A DNA stretch of 64,000 bases from Candidatus Lustribacter sp. (GTDB taxonomy: Bacteria > Vulcanimicrobiota > Vulcanimicrobiia > Vulcanimicrobiales > Vulcanimicrobiaceae): positions 1,664,001 through 1,728,000 of the forward strand of contig OZ255842.1 of NCBI GenBank assembly GCA_965277805.1, given 5' to 3'. The translations under genes were made by a program, and so were the position numbers. Below are positions 1 to 9,504 of this stretch, one piece after another. The notes under the pieces are model-generated. The model was not told the origin of the DNA. It made no database searches and saw nothing but the letters and a program-made list of their open reading frames with translations. Every line of letters starts with the position of its first letter. Within the stretch, counting starts at the first letter, position 1.

Positions 1-66
1 CTCGACCGCGAGGTCTCTTATGACGCCGTCGTTGCAAGCGGCGTCCGCGAACTCTGGAAGGGCTAG
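1..66 (+). CDS. 3' end of a gene entering from the left edge (partial)
   Basis: Frame 1 reads LDREVSYDAVVASGVRELWKG then TAG at 64-66, convergent with the next gene. Confidence 0.45.
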   Translation, partial: LDREVSYDAVVASGVRELWKG

Positions 67-70
67 CCGG

Positions 71-1363
71 CTACCACGTGCTGCTGACGGCCGTGAGCGC
101 GGTGCGCGCCAGCGGCAGCGCGAACGACCCGCTCCAGTCGCGGTCGAAAAACTGTACCGTGGCGGTAACGGAGTCACCGCTCAAGTCGGCATCGAGGCTG
201 GCGTCGCTCGGAAAACGGTCGCTGTTATCGGGATCGCCCGCATAGACGAAGCGCATCGTGACGTGGTGGCCGTCGAACGACATCGCCGTGGGTTCGTATG
301 CGCCGTCGGTCGGTTCAGCATCGGCGACGTTCGCGCACGCATCGGTCGCCGCCGCGCGCTGCTGCAACGTAATCCCGAGCAGCTCACCCTTATGGTGCGG
401 CTGCACGAGGGCGGCGTGCGCCACAACGAACTGCAGCGAGTTGACGTCGATCGTCACGGCGATGCGGCAGCCCGCGCGCACGAAGACGAAGCGTTTGGGC
501 TGCGTCTCACCCGCTTGCCATGAGACGACGGCACCGGCCGAATCGCGGGGCGGCGCCACGGCGAGCACGGCTTGCAGCGTCGGAACCGGCCGCGGCAGCA
601 CTGACGGGGGAGCGATCGCGACGGCGTGCGGTAACGGCTGCTGCGGTAAGGGCAACGGCGCCGGCGGCGCCGGTGCTGCGTGAACGGATGCGACGTTGTT
701 CGCTTGCAGAAACGGCACGACGACGAGCGAGCCCGAGTCGGCGAAGCCGCCGCGCTGATCGCTCGTGCGCGCGGTGACGATGCCGAGAATCTCACCGGTG
801 CCCGGATCGAACACCGCACCGCCGCTGAGGCCCTCTTCGATGTGCACGTTTTCGAGTTCGAGGTAGAGCCCGTTCTCCGGCCGCGAGGCGATCGTGCCGG
901 GGAAGAGCACGCGCGGTTCTTGACCGACGATCCCGATCAGTTCGTCCTTCTTCACGTAGCCGGCGACCGCGACGAGGTTGCCCTCGATCACCGGATGCGT
1001 GCGCGGTGCGAAGCGGGCGGCGCGCAATCCGCCGCGATCGATCGAGAGCAGCGTAAGATCGCGCGGTCCGGTGCGTTCGACGTGCGCCGCGATATCGTGG
1101 AGATCGCGGCTGAGATCGACGCGAATGCTCGCCGCGCGGGAAATGACGTGCGATGCCGTCAGCACGAGAGAATGTTGCGCATCGGAGTCGACGATGATGC
1201 CGCTACCGCTCTCGATCGGACGGCCCGTACGATCGAACGCCCATACCTTGACCAGCGACGGACGCACCGCGCTGTAGCCGGCGGACGCATCGTCCGACGC
1301 GCGCGCCACGTGTGCGGCGAGGACGAGCGCGATCAAGAGCGTGCCCGCGAAGAACTTATGCAC
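71..1363 (-). CDS. Exported trypsin-like (S1) serine protease with Pro-rich linker and C-terminal domain
   Basis: Signal peptide, GSG..LTASHV (His), DLTLL (Asp), GLSGG (Ser); GTG at 1363 overlaps the upstream stop. Confidence 0.8.
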   Translation of the reverse strand: MHKFFAGTLLIALVLAAHVARASDDASAGYSAVRPSLVKVWAFDRTGRPIESGSGIIVDSDAQHSLVLTASHVISRAASIRVDLSRDLHDIAAHVERTGPRDLTLLSIDRGGLRAARFAPRTHPVIEGNLVAVAGYVKKDELIGIVGQEPRVLFPGTIASRPENGLYLELENVHIEEGLSGGAVFDPGTGEILGIVTARTSDQRGGFADSGSLVVVPFLQANNVASVHAAPAPPAPLPLPQQPLPHAVAIAPPSVLPRPVPTLQAVLAVAPPRDSAGAVVSWQAGETQPKRFVFVRAGCRIAVTIDVNSLQFVVAHAALVQPHHKGELLGITLQQRAAATDACANVADAEPTDGAYEPTAMSFDGHHVTMRFVYAGDPDNSDRFPSDASLDADLSGDSVTATVQFFDRDWSGSFALPLARTALTAVSSTW

Positions 1364-2708
1364 GCAAGTAGATTCCGGCGGCGTCGCAGGCACCGATGCT
1401 GCCGTGGAACACGCCGAGCGGCGGCCAGTCGGTATACACGCCGGGAACCGGCGAGGTCCAGGTCTGCGCGCCGGTCCACTGTTTGTACTGCGGCTTGATC
1501 GACGGCGGCGACACGTGCCCGATTTCGCAGTCGTGCCAGACGATGCGCGGCGTGAGATCGCGCGGTCCGTCGACGCCGAAGTAGCTGCCGCTCACGAAGC
1601 GGTCGGAACGGCCGACGCCGGAGCGCTTGTGCCACGTATACGGCTGCGCGATCGAAACGATCCGCTTGAGGATGATGCCGTCGTCGCGCGAGCCGCCGTC
1701 GGGAATCCAGCCGTCGTCGGGCTTCGTGTGCTGCACCGCGGTGAACGTGTGGCGCTGGCCGTCGGTGGCGACGCCGGTCGCCGAGAAGACCAGCAGCGAA
1801 TCGGACACCGGATAGAGTTCGAGCACGACGTCGGGCCCGCCGCACGGGAAGCGATCTTCCGACGTGATCGGTTTGTTCGATGCGAACTTCCAGTAGAACG
1901 CGTAGTCGTCGTGTTCGCTCTGCGCGGAACTCTTCTGCAGCCCGGCATCGACCGAGACGCCGTGCGGTCCCGCACCCCAGCCGCCGATGTAGATGTAACC
2001 GGTCTCCTGATCGACGATGCCCGGCGCGCCCGTCACTTCGTCGTAGCCGGGACCGGTGACGAAATGCCGCGCGCCGCACGGGATCGAGACGGACGCGCGC
2101 ACCGCGCTGTATCCGTTGACGGCGCGTACGCCGTGAAATGCGCCGGAGTCGATGTCGAAGGGCGATCCGACTTGCGAGCGCACAGGAATCCCCGGCGTGC
2201 GGCGATCGTCGTGCGAGGTATCGAAGCGGTGCGCGTAAAGCCAGGCAAGGTCGAGGCCCGCGGCGCGCGCCTTGGCGGGCGGCGCGGGCTTCGGCCCAGG
2301 TTGCGTGGGGACGAACCACGGCGTGGCGTTCAATGCAAACAATTTCGGCGGCGCAGTGAGGCGCGGCGGCGCCAGCGCGATGCGCACCGGCGGCGCATGA
2401 TGCTGCGCACGGACGGCGACCTGCCGCGGACGAACGTGCGCCGGCGGAATCGGCGCGGGGCGGCCGGACGATGCGATCGTGTAGCCGCGCTCGGGCGGCA
2501 GGGCAGCGATCTGCGGATCTTGCACGACCGCATCGTAGGAGACGATGCGGATGGAGCCGTCGCGTTGCACGACGACGAGGTTCTCACGTTGCGCGGGGCG
2601 CAGGTCGCGGAGGATGTGCAGATCGTCATCAGCCGGCACCGGACCGGTACCCGCGAGAACGACGCAACCGAGCAGTGCTGTCAACACTCGCTCCGCCAGT
2701 CTGCGCAA
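1356..2708 (-). CDS. Exported protein with a YrpD-like C-terminal domain
   Basis: AGGAGG RBS before TTG, signal peptide, Pro-rich linker; ETGYIYIGG..VDAGLQ resembles Bacillus YrpD (from memory). Confidence 0.55.
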   Translation of the reverse strand: MRRLAERVLTALLGCVVLAGTGPVPADDDLHILRDLRPAQRENLVVVQRDGSIRIVSYDAVVQDPQIAALPPERGYTIASSGRPAPIPPAHVRPRQVAVRAQHHAPPVRIALAPPRLTAPPKLFALNATPWFVPTQPGPKPAPPAKARAAGLDLAWLYAHRFDTSHDDRRTPGIPVRSQVGSPFDIDSGAFHGVRAVNGYSAVRASVSIPCGARHFVTGPGYDEVTGAPGIVDQETGYIYIGGWGAGPHGVSVDAGLQKSSAQSEHDDYAFYWKFASNKPITSEDRFPCGGPDVVLELYPVSDSLLVFSATGVATDGQRHTFTAVQHTKPDDGWIPDGGSRDDGIILKRIVSIAQPYTWHKRSGVGRSDRFVSGSYFGVDGPRDLTPRIVWHDCEIGHVSPPSIKPQYKQWTGAQTWTSPVPGVYTDWPPLGVFHGSIGACDAAGIYLRA

Positions 2709-2803
2709 CGTCTACCTCCTTGCTTAATGAATGTCGGCAAATCGGCGGACGATCTTGCGCCCCGGAGCATGAGAGTTCGGTGAGGAGCCCCAAGCACGAC
2801 GCC

Positions 2804-4351
2804 GTGATCACAGTCCGGCGCGGCGCGCTCGCTATCGCCGTCGTCTTCGCCCTCTTAGCAAGCGCGGGCCGCAGCGTTGCGCAGACGCAGCAGCCCGCGA
2901 TTGCCGTCGATCGCGCACGGGCCGGCATCCCGCTCGGGACCAGTCTGACCATCAACGTCGCGGCAACGGTTGTTGGGCCGCTCACCGTGCAAGTACCCTG
3001 GGACGGGCTCGAGGCGAGCTACGATCCACGCACGCGCCGCCTGCTCCTGACCGGCCGCACAGCCGGCAGCGGGAACGTCGTCCTGACCGATCGCCAGGGG
3101 AATACGGCGTCGATCGCCGTTCTGGTTGCACCACCGGCCGGCACGCTGCCCACGGACGTCGACGTTGCGGTGGCCGGAACGGTGTCGGCCCCGTTCGTCA
3201 CCGCCCGGATCCGCGACGCGCTCGAACGAGCGCTCATCCGGCAACCCGGCACGCTGCTCGACGTGCACGGTCTGACGATCCCGAACACCCTCGCGCCGGG
3301 CGACAAGCTCGACGCGCAAGCCGGCGTGACGATCGAAGGACGCGGCACGTATGTCGACGTGGCCGGGCGCACGAACCTGCACGTGCACGATGACGTCGTG
3401 CCCGCGCTCACTCCCACGACGCTCTTCTACAGCGACGACCCGGAGTACGTCGGCGCGCTACTCGCGGGCGTGCTCTTTCGCGGCACGATCGACACGCAAA
3501 CGCCGGCGCGGCTCTTTGCGTATCATGTTGCCGACGGTGCGCCGCGCCAACTGACGCTCGCGCTGCGCGCCGCCGGCCTGACGCGGGTCCGCGTCTTGGG
3601 CACGATCAGCGGCGCGAGCCCGGCCTATGCGTACATCGGCCAGCAATCCAGCGCGCGTTATCTCGCCGAACACGCGAGCGGCGAGAGTTCGATCGTCACC
3701 GTGCAGCCCAACACGCCATACCTGATACCGTTCGGCACGATGCAGCCACGCGATCTCATCGAAGCGATTCTGGATCTGCACGTGATCGACGGCGGCCCGC
3801 TCGAAGTCGACCTGGTGACGAACCCGGTGGGCGCAGCGCTGCCGCCGCTCGATGGTGAGGAACTTCCCGGCGATACGCATGGCCGCCGTGGCGTGTTCAC
3901 TCTGGCCGGCGTCGCACCGCTGACGCTCGCTTTTACGAGCGGCTCACCGGAACCAACGCCGATTTCCGTCGGCGATGGAACGCTGCCGAATCAACGCACC
4001 GATGGCCGTTCGCTGGGCGGTGACTACGGCGTGCTCCGTCCGTTCACGCTGCACCTCGCGAACACCACCGCCGCGCCGCTCCCCGTCTATCTCTACGAAC
4101 TCACCAGCGGTGCCGGCGGCACGACCACCACGTTCTGGTTCGACGGCGATGCCGCGGCAACGCTCGTGCCGTGCATCGACGATCCCGCACAACCGCATCT
4201 GATCAAAGCGTTCGCACTGACCGCGGGCGAGACGCGCACCGTCAGCGGCACGTTCATGACCGACGGGTCCGGCTCGTATCCGATCCATTTCGGGTTGAGC
4301 ACCACCGCACCGTTGCCGGTTCCGGCCAAAGCCTGCGCACCGGTAGGCTAG
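2804..4351 (+). CDS. Exported hypothetical protein (start 2780 or 2804)
   Basis: Long ORF with high-GC codon pattern, signal peptide ending SVA-Q, LFYSDDPE motif, beta-rich. Confidence 0.65.
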   Translation: MITVRRGALAIAVVFALLASAGRSVAQTQQPAIAVDRARAGIPLGTSLTINVAATVVGPLTVQVPWDGLEASYDPRTRRLLLTGRTAGSGNVVLTDRQGNTASIAVLVAPPAGTLPTDVDVAVAGTVSAPFVTARIRDALERALIRQPGTLLDVHGLTIPNTLAPGDKLDAQAGVTIEGRGTYVDVAGRTNLHVHDDVVPALTPTTLFYSDDPEYVGALLAGVLFRGTIDTQTPARLFAYHVADGAPRQLTLALRAAGLTRVRVLGTISGASPAYAYIGQQSSARYLAEHASGESSIVTVQPNTPYLIPFGTMQPRDLIEAILDLHVIDGGPLEVDLVTNPVGAALPPLDGEELPGDTHGRRGVFTLAGVAPLTLAFTSGSPEPTPISVGDGTLPNQRTDGRSLGGDYGVLRPFTLHLANTTAAPLPVYLYELTSGAGGTTTTFWFDGDAAATLVPCIDDPAQPHLIKAFALTAGETRTVSGTFMTDGSGSYPIHFGLSTTAPLPVPAKACAPVG

Positions 4352-4402
4352 TCTTTCAGCGCCCCTAAGTCGGCTCTGCGGTCCGGCCGATACTTCTCGT
4401 AT

Positions 4403-5521
4403 ATGCCCGGCCTCGAAAAGATTCCGCTGATGCGGCCGCAACTGCCGACGGCGGATGACTTGATGCCGTATCTGCGCGAGATCGACGAGACGCGCTGGTA
4501 CAGCAACTTCGGCCCGCTCGTGACCCGGCTCGAAGAGCGTTTGGCAAGACATTACGGGCTACCGAAGACCGGGGCAGCAATCGTCGCCAACGGCACCACC
4601 GCGCTTAGCGCCGCATTGCTGGCAGTGGGTGCGAAGCCGGGCAGCAAATGTCTCGTTCCCTCCTGGACGTTCGTCGCTTCGGCATCCGCCATTTGCGCCG
4701 CCAATCTTCAGCCGCACTTCGTCGACATTTCACCCGAAACGTGGCAGCCGGATCCGGTCGCGTTGCGCCGGCGTTCGGACTTGGCCGGCGTCGGCGCCGT
4801 CATGATCGTCTCGCCGTTCGGCTCGCCGGTCGAAACGGCGGCTTGGGATGCGTTTACGGCCGACACCGGGATCCCGGTGATCATCGACGGTGCGGCCGCG
4901 TTCGATACCGTCGCGTCGGTGTCCGCCGCGCAACCTCGCAAGTCGCCGATCATGATCAGCTTGCACGCGACGAAGTGCCTGGGCATCGGTGAAGCCGGCC
5001 TCATCCTCTCGTCTGCCGGCGCGGTCATGCATCGGGCGCGGCAAGTCTGCAATTTCGGCATTTGGGGCTCGCCCGAAGGCCAAGTCATCGGCTATAACGG
5101 CAAGGTCAGCGAATATCACGGCGCGGTCGGCCTCGCCGCCCTCGACGCATGGCCCGCGCGACGGGCGGCGTTACAATCGCGCACCGCGCGCTACATCGCA
5201 GAACTGAGCCGCATCGACGGAGTGCGGTTGCTGCCGGAGTACGGCGGGAGCTGGGTTTCGGCATATTGCACCGCCTATTTCCCCGGGAACATTCATGCGA
5301 TCGCCGATCGCATGACCTACATGGGCGTCGAGACGCGCCGCTGGTGGCTCGACGGGGTTCATACCCTTGCAGCCTATCGCGGATTCACCCACGACGAGCT
5401 CCCGGTAACCGCCGACATCACCTCGCATGTGCTTTCGCTGCCGTTCTTTCACGATATGACGGACGATCAGATCGTGCGGGTCGTCGAGTGCCTCGACAGC
5501 GCAATCCACGCGCCGATTTGA
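4403..5521 (+). CDS. DegT/DnrJ/EryC1/StrS PLP-dependent aminotransferase
   Basis: YSNFGP, NGTTAL, IIDGAAA, SLHATK (PLP lysine), GEAG, LSLP motifs. Confidence 0.9.
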   Translation: MPGLEKIPLMRPQLPTADDLMPYLREIDETRWYSNFGPLVTRLEERLARHYGLPKTGAAIVANGTTALSAALLAVGAKPGSKCLVPSWTFVASASAICAANLQPHFVDISPETWQPDPVALRRRSDLAGVGAVMIVSPFGSPVETAAWDAFTADTGIPVIIDGAAAFDTVASVSAAQPRKSPIMISLHATKCLGIGEAGLILSSAGAVMHRARQVCNFGIWGSPEGQVIGYNGKVSEYHGAVGLAALDAWPARRAALQSRTARYIAELSRIDGVRLLPEYGGSWVSAYCTAYFPGNIHAIADRMTYMGVETRRWWLDGVHTLAAYRGFTHDELPVTADITSHVLSLPFFHDMTDDQIVRVVECLDSAIHAPI

Positions 5522-5552
5522 TCGAATAATGCCCGCGCGCAGCGGTTTGAGG

Positions 5553-6317
5553 CTACACCCCCGTCGCGCGCGCCTTGACGAACAAGACGATCGCGACCAG
5601 CACGATGAACCCGATGAACAGCGAGCGCAGTATCTTCTCCGGCAAGCGTTGCGCGACGCCGGCGCCGTACGACACCGTCGTGACACCGCCGACCGCCAGC
5701 GGAATCGCGATCGCCCAGTCGACGTCGGAAGCCATCGCATAGGTCGCGGTCGTCAGGATCGTGGCCGGCACCGCAAACGCCAGCGCCATGCCCTGCGCGC
5801 CCAATTGCGTGAAACCGAAGAACATCGTCATCGCGGGCACGGTCATGATCGCGCCGCCGATGCCGAAGAATCCCGAGCATACGCCGCTGATGGCGCCCGA
5901 GATCATTGCATACGGCCACGGTAACGCCGCCATGGCCGGCGGTTGTGAAAGAAACGTACGGCGAGCGATATCGAGCGCGATCAGAATCAAAAAGACCGAG
6001 AACGCCGAGCGCAGCAGCGCGCTCGGCACCGCCGTCGCGATGCGCGCGGCGCCGTACGTGAATGGAATTCCGGTCAGCGCGATGGTTCCGGCGATGCGCC
6101 AATCGAGCTGCGCTCTGCGCGAGTAGCTCCACAAGCCGACGATCACGTTCGGCAGCGCCATCGCGATAGCGGTTCCTTGCGCGAGCTGCTCGGTGAGCCC
6201 GGCAAAGATCCCCAGCGTCGGAATGGCCAAAAACGCGCCGCCGATGCCGAAGAGGCCGCCCGCAAAACCGAAAATCGCGCCGAGAACGACGAACACGAGG
6301 AAATGGACGATAACCAC
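5553..6317 (-). CDS. TSUP (TauE/SafE) sulfite exporter family protein
   Basis: Two GxFGIGG repeats, AQGT/AQGM, about 8 TM segments. Confidence 0.9.
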   Translation of the reverse strand: MVIVHFLVFVVLGAIFGFAGGLFGIGGAFLAIPTLGIFAGLTEQLAQGTAIAMALPNVIVGLWSYSRRAQLDWRIAGTIALTGIPFTYGAARIATAVPSALLRSAFSVFLILIALDIARRTFLSQPPAMAALPWPYAMISGAISGVCSGFFGIGGAIMTVPAMTMFFGFTQLGAQGMALAFAVPATILTTATYAMASDVDWAIAIPLAVGGVTTVSYGAGVAQRLPEKILRSLFIGFIVLVAIVLFVKARATGV

Positions 6318-7639
6318 TAATTCAGGCCCGTTCTCCCGCCGATCAGACGCGATTTAGAGTAGCGATCGTGCAGTTGCATGCGCCGCACGAGACCGAACAA
6401 GAGCGGCACCACGAGAAAGACGCAGCAGAGCGCGAGGAAGTAGCGCCAAATGCTTTGCGCGATCCCGACCCGGCCATGATCGAGCCGAACGACACGCAGA
6501 TCGAGCACCATCATGCCGACCGTCCGGCCGGCGATCGCGACGAGGGCAGCCGCATACGGAAAATACCCGAGCCACGCATTGTCCTGGATGTAGTTTTTCA
6601 AGTCGGGCCAGTTGAGAATGTGCCAGTTGAAGAGCACGAACTTTGTGTGAACGCCGGGAGCGATCGAATCGCCCGGACTCGCGTTACCAACCGAAACGTT
6701 TACCGCGTGAAAGATCACCGAGAGAATCGTCACATCGATGGCAAATGCAAGGAAGCGCCGCAACCCTGAAGCCAGCTCCCGACGATCAACCGGTCCGTCG
6801 CTGGGTCCGAGCGCGGCGCGCACCGGCAACGGATCGCGCTCGAAGCGATCCATCCAATAGCGATAGGTGTCGGACGCGACGAACGTTTCAAGCGCGCGCA
6901 CGCGGTTGACCGCGTAGGGCATCATGCCGGTCAGCTCGCCCAGCCGGAGCGTGAGGTCCGATTCGATGTCGCGACGCTGATCCGCCAACACGGCGGCCTC
7001 AACGTGCCGCCCGCTGGCATGAAAGGTCGAGATCGCGATCGCTTTGACCGCCGCCTCGATCGGCGCGCATAAGAGGCCCGCGCGATCGGCCGAATATTCC
7101 GTCTGCCGTATCCACGCACCGAAGAGCGATGCGATGATCGGGTTGCTGCGGCCCGTCGCATTGATCAGCGAGAGCAACCGCGTGTTGCCGCCCGCGATGT
7201 GTCCGAGTTCGCGGCCGATCATGAACGCGAGTTCATCGGGTCCGAACAGCTGCAAGTATTGACTCGAGATCACGAGCGCGTAGGGTTCGCCGAGTCCGAC
7301 GCTATTCACCGGCACGAAGTAATCGTTGCTGATGAACACCAGGGGCGGCGCGATCCCGAGCCGGCGCGCGAGGCGTTCGACCGTGTCGGCAACGAGCGGA
7401 AACTCCTCGCGCCGCGCGCGGATGCTGCTCCCCAGCAGCCGGCCGCGGGTGAGCGAGACGAACACCATTCCAAAGACGAATAGCAGCGCGACTTGAGTCG
7501 GCGTGATGCCGTGGAAAACGAAGCCGATCACGACCAGCGTGATCGGGACGGTCAGCAAGAGCGAGAGTGCGACCTTGCGTTCGCGAGGGACCCGAATGGA
7601 CGTCCAACCCGAGAACAGCCCATCGACGCGAGCGGCCAT
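6317..7639 (-). CDS. M48-like peptidase domain fused to RDD domain (zinc motif altered to RELGH)
   Basis: N-terminal TMs, ELAFMIGRELGH, EYSADRAG, then RRFLAFAID..GRTVGM..LRVV (RDD). Confidence 0.8.
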   Translation of the reverse strand: MAARVDGLFSGWTSIRVPRERKVALSLLLTVPITLVVIGFVFHGITPTQVALLFVFGMVFVSLTRGRLLGSSIRARREEFPLVADTVERLARRLGIAPPLVFISNDYFVPVNSVGLGEPYALVISSQYLQLFGPDELAFMIGRELGHIAGGNTRLLSLINATGRSNPIIASLFGAWIRQTEYSADRAGLLCAPIEAAVKAIAISTFHASGRHVEAAVLADQRRDIESDLTLRLGELTGMMPYAVNRVRALETFVASDTYRYWMDRFERDPLPVRAALGPSDGPVDRRELASGLRRFLAFAIDVTILSVIFHAVNVSVGNASPGDSIAPGVHTKFVLFNWHILNWPDLKNYIQDNAWLGYFPYAAALVAIAGRTVGMMVLDLRVVRLDHGRVGIAQSIWRYFLALCCVFLVVPLLFGLVRRMQLHDRYSKSRLIGGRTGLN

Positions 7640-7700
7640 GAGCGATCCTTCACGCCGTGCCTGGAGGGCCCTTGCACGGGCGTGGAGGATTCGTACGAGG

Positions 7701-8621
7701 ATGAAACATGTGTTCTTTGCTCTCATCCTTGCCTTCGGCGTGCCGGGCGCTGCGCTCGCGCAAACGCTGCCGACGGTGAAAGTCGCCACCACGCCGATCG
7801 ACGTGGGCGCCGAGGTCCTCTACGCGAAGGACATGGGCTTCTTCCAAAAGCACGGGCTCAATGTCGACGTGCAGTTCATCGACAACGGCGCGGCAATCGC
7901 ATCCGCCGTGGCCTCGGGTGCGATCGACATCGCCCAAGGCAACGTCGTCACGCTCGCCACGGCGCACGACAAGGGCTTACCGTTCGTCGTCGTAGTGCCC
8001 GCCGCGCTCTACTCGAGCACTGCGCCGACGAGCGCGCTGATCGTCGCCGCGAATGGCCCGATCAAATCGGCCAAAGATCTCAACGGCAAAACCGTCGGAA
8101 TCACCGGCGTCAAGAACATCACCCAGATCGCCGCGATGGCGTGGATCGATCAGAACGGAGGCGACTCGAGCACCGTCAAGTTCATCGAGCTGAAGTTCTC
8201 CGAAATGGGACCGGCAGTATTGGCCGGACGCATCGACGCGGGCGTTACCGCCGAACCCGACTTGAGCGAAGCTGTCGCTGCCGGCACGGTGCGCATCCTC
8301 GCACCGGTCTACAATGCCGTCGCTCCGACGTTCATCATCGGTGCGTGGTTTGCAACCAGCGATTGGGTGAAGGCGCACGCCGACATCGTGTCGCGCTACG
8401 TCGCCGCCATCAACGAAGCCGGCGCCTGGGCCAACAAGAATCAGCCCGCATCGGCGAAGATCCTCGAGAAATATACCAAAGTCGAAGCGAAGCCGGGCAT
8501 GAAGCGCGTGCTCTTCCCGGAAAAAAGCGATCTCGCCCTGATGCAACCCGCAATCGACGCCACCGCCAAATATAAAGTCATCAAAGCGAGCTTCCCGGCA
8601 AGCGACCTAGCCGCCAAGTAG
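7701..8621 (+). CDS. SsuA/THI5-like ABC substrate-binding protein
   Basis: Signal peptide, GFFQKHGLNV, IKSAKDLNGKTVG, GRIDA, EP. Confidence 0.9.
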   Translation: MKHVFFALILAFGVPGAALAQTLPTVKVATTPIDVGAEVLYAKDMGFFQKHGLNVDVQFIDNGAAIASAVASGAIDIAQGNVVTLATAHDKGLPFVVVVPAALYSSTAPTSALIVAANGPIKSAKDLNGKTVGITGVKNITQIAAMAWIDQNGGDSSTVKFIELKFSEMGPAVLAGRIDAGVTAEPDLSEAVAAGTVRILAPVYNAVAPTFIIGAWFATSDWVKAHADIVSRYVAAINEAGAWANKNQPASAKILEKYTKVEAKPGMKRVLFPEKSDLALMQPAIDATAKYKVIKASFPASDLAAK

Positions 8622-8634
8622 CCCGTATCTAAAG

Positions 8635-9504
8635 CTAGTCGAGGCTGGCGTTGATGAGTTCGCGGATTGAGGGGAGACGTTCGATGCGGGCGATGAGCGC
8701 GCGCAACGCTTCTGCCGGCGGCGCAGACGGCACCTTGGCAGCGACGTTCGTGTAGACGAACGTTTCGCCCAAGCCGTCGAGGAGCGCGTTCGTATCGAGC
8801 GATGTGCTCATGAGCGCAGCCAGACCGCGGCGGCCTTCGAGCGCTAATGGGGCGCCGGTGAACTCGGCCCGCGCAAGGAGTGCTGCCTCGATCCCGTCGG
8901 CCGCAGCGGCACCAACGATGTAGGCGGCGGTCATCGTGCCGCGCGCTGCGCTCAAGCCGCTCGCGGCGGTAGCGGCGATGCCGAACGCATCGCGCGTCGC
9001 TTCGCGCTGTAAGCCGAGCACCCGGGCAGCGGCGACGGCGGCACCCAAACGGCCGCACGTGCCGCGCGTATCCCATCCGCGTTCGATGTGCGCAACGCCC
9101 AGCGCGCGTTCGACGCGCACGGCAATCTCCGTTCCGGCAACGACCGCATCGAGCACGGTCGCGCCGGCTGCATCGACGCTCTCGCCGGCCGCGAGCGCAG
9201 CGGCAACGACCGGGGTCGCGATCGTCGCATCGTCGCCGGCGGCGATGCCGGTGAGGAATGCCGCATAAAGCGGCGTCGTAGCAGCGTTGCGGCCGATCGC
9301 GTGCGCACGCATACGCGCGGGCGCCGGCGCATCGGCCGCGGCGATCGTGACTGCCGCTGACTGCGCGTTGCTCAGCGCGCGCAATACCGTCGCCAGCACG
9401 AGTTCGCGCGCCGGCGCGCGAACGGGTTCGCGAAACGCCCAGCCGTTGCCGGCGAACGCCATCAACTCCGCGGTGGGCTGAACCGCCGGCCCTGCGGCGC
9501 TCAT
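8635..9504 (-). CDS. MmgE/PrpD family protein, shortened
   Basis: VVAGTEIAVR, RGWDTRGTCG, LEGRRG; lacks the HxxDxDDxH motif and most of the C-terminal domain. Confidence 0.75.
   Translation of the reverse strand: MSAAGPAVQPTAELMAFAGNGWAFREPVRAPARELVLATVLRALSNAQSAAVTIAAADAPAPARMRAHAIGRNAATTPLYAAFLTGIAAGDDATIATPVVAAALAAGESVDAAGATVLDAVVAGTEIAVRVERALGVAHIERGWDTRGTCGRLGAAVAAARVLGLQREATRDAFGIAATAASGLSAARGTMTAAYIVGAAAADGIEAALLARAEFTGAPLALEGRRGLAALMSTSLDTNALLDGLGETFVYTNVAAKVPSAPPAEALRALIARIERLPSIRELINASLD

Noticed and set aside
4403-5521. Orphan DegT aminotransferase as a sign of a glycan or antibiotic cluster
   Set aside because: No glycosyltransferase or nucleotide-sugar genes are nearby.
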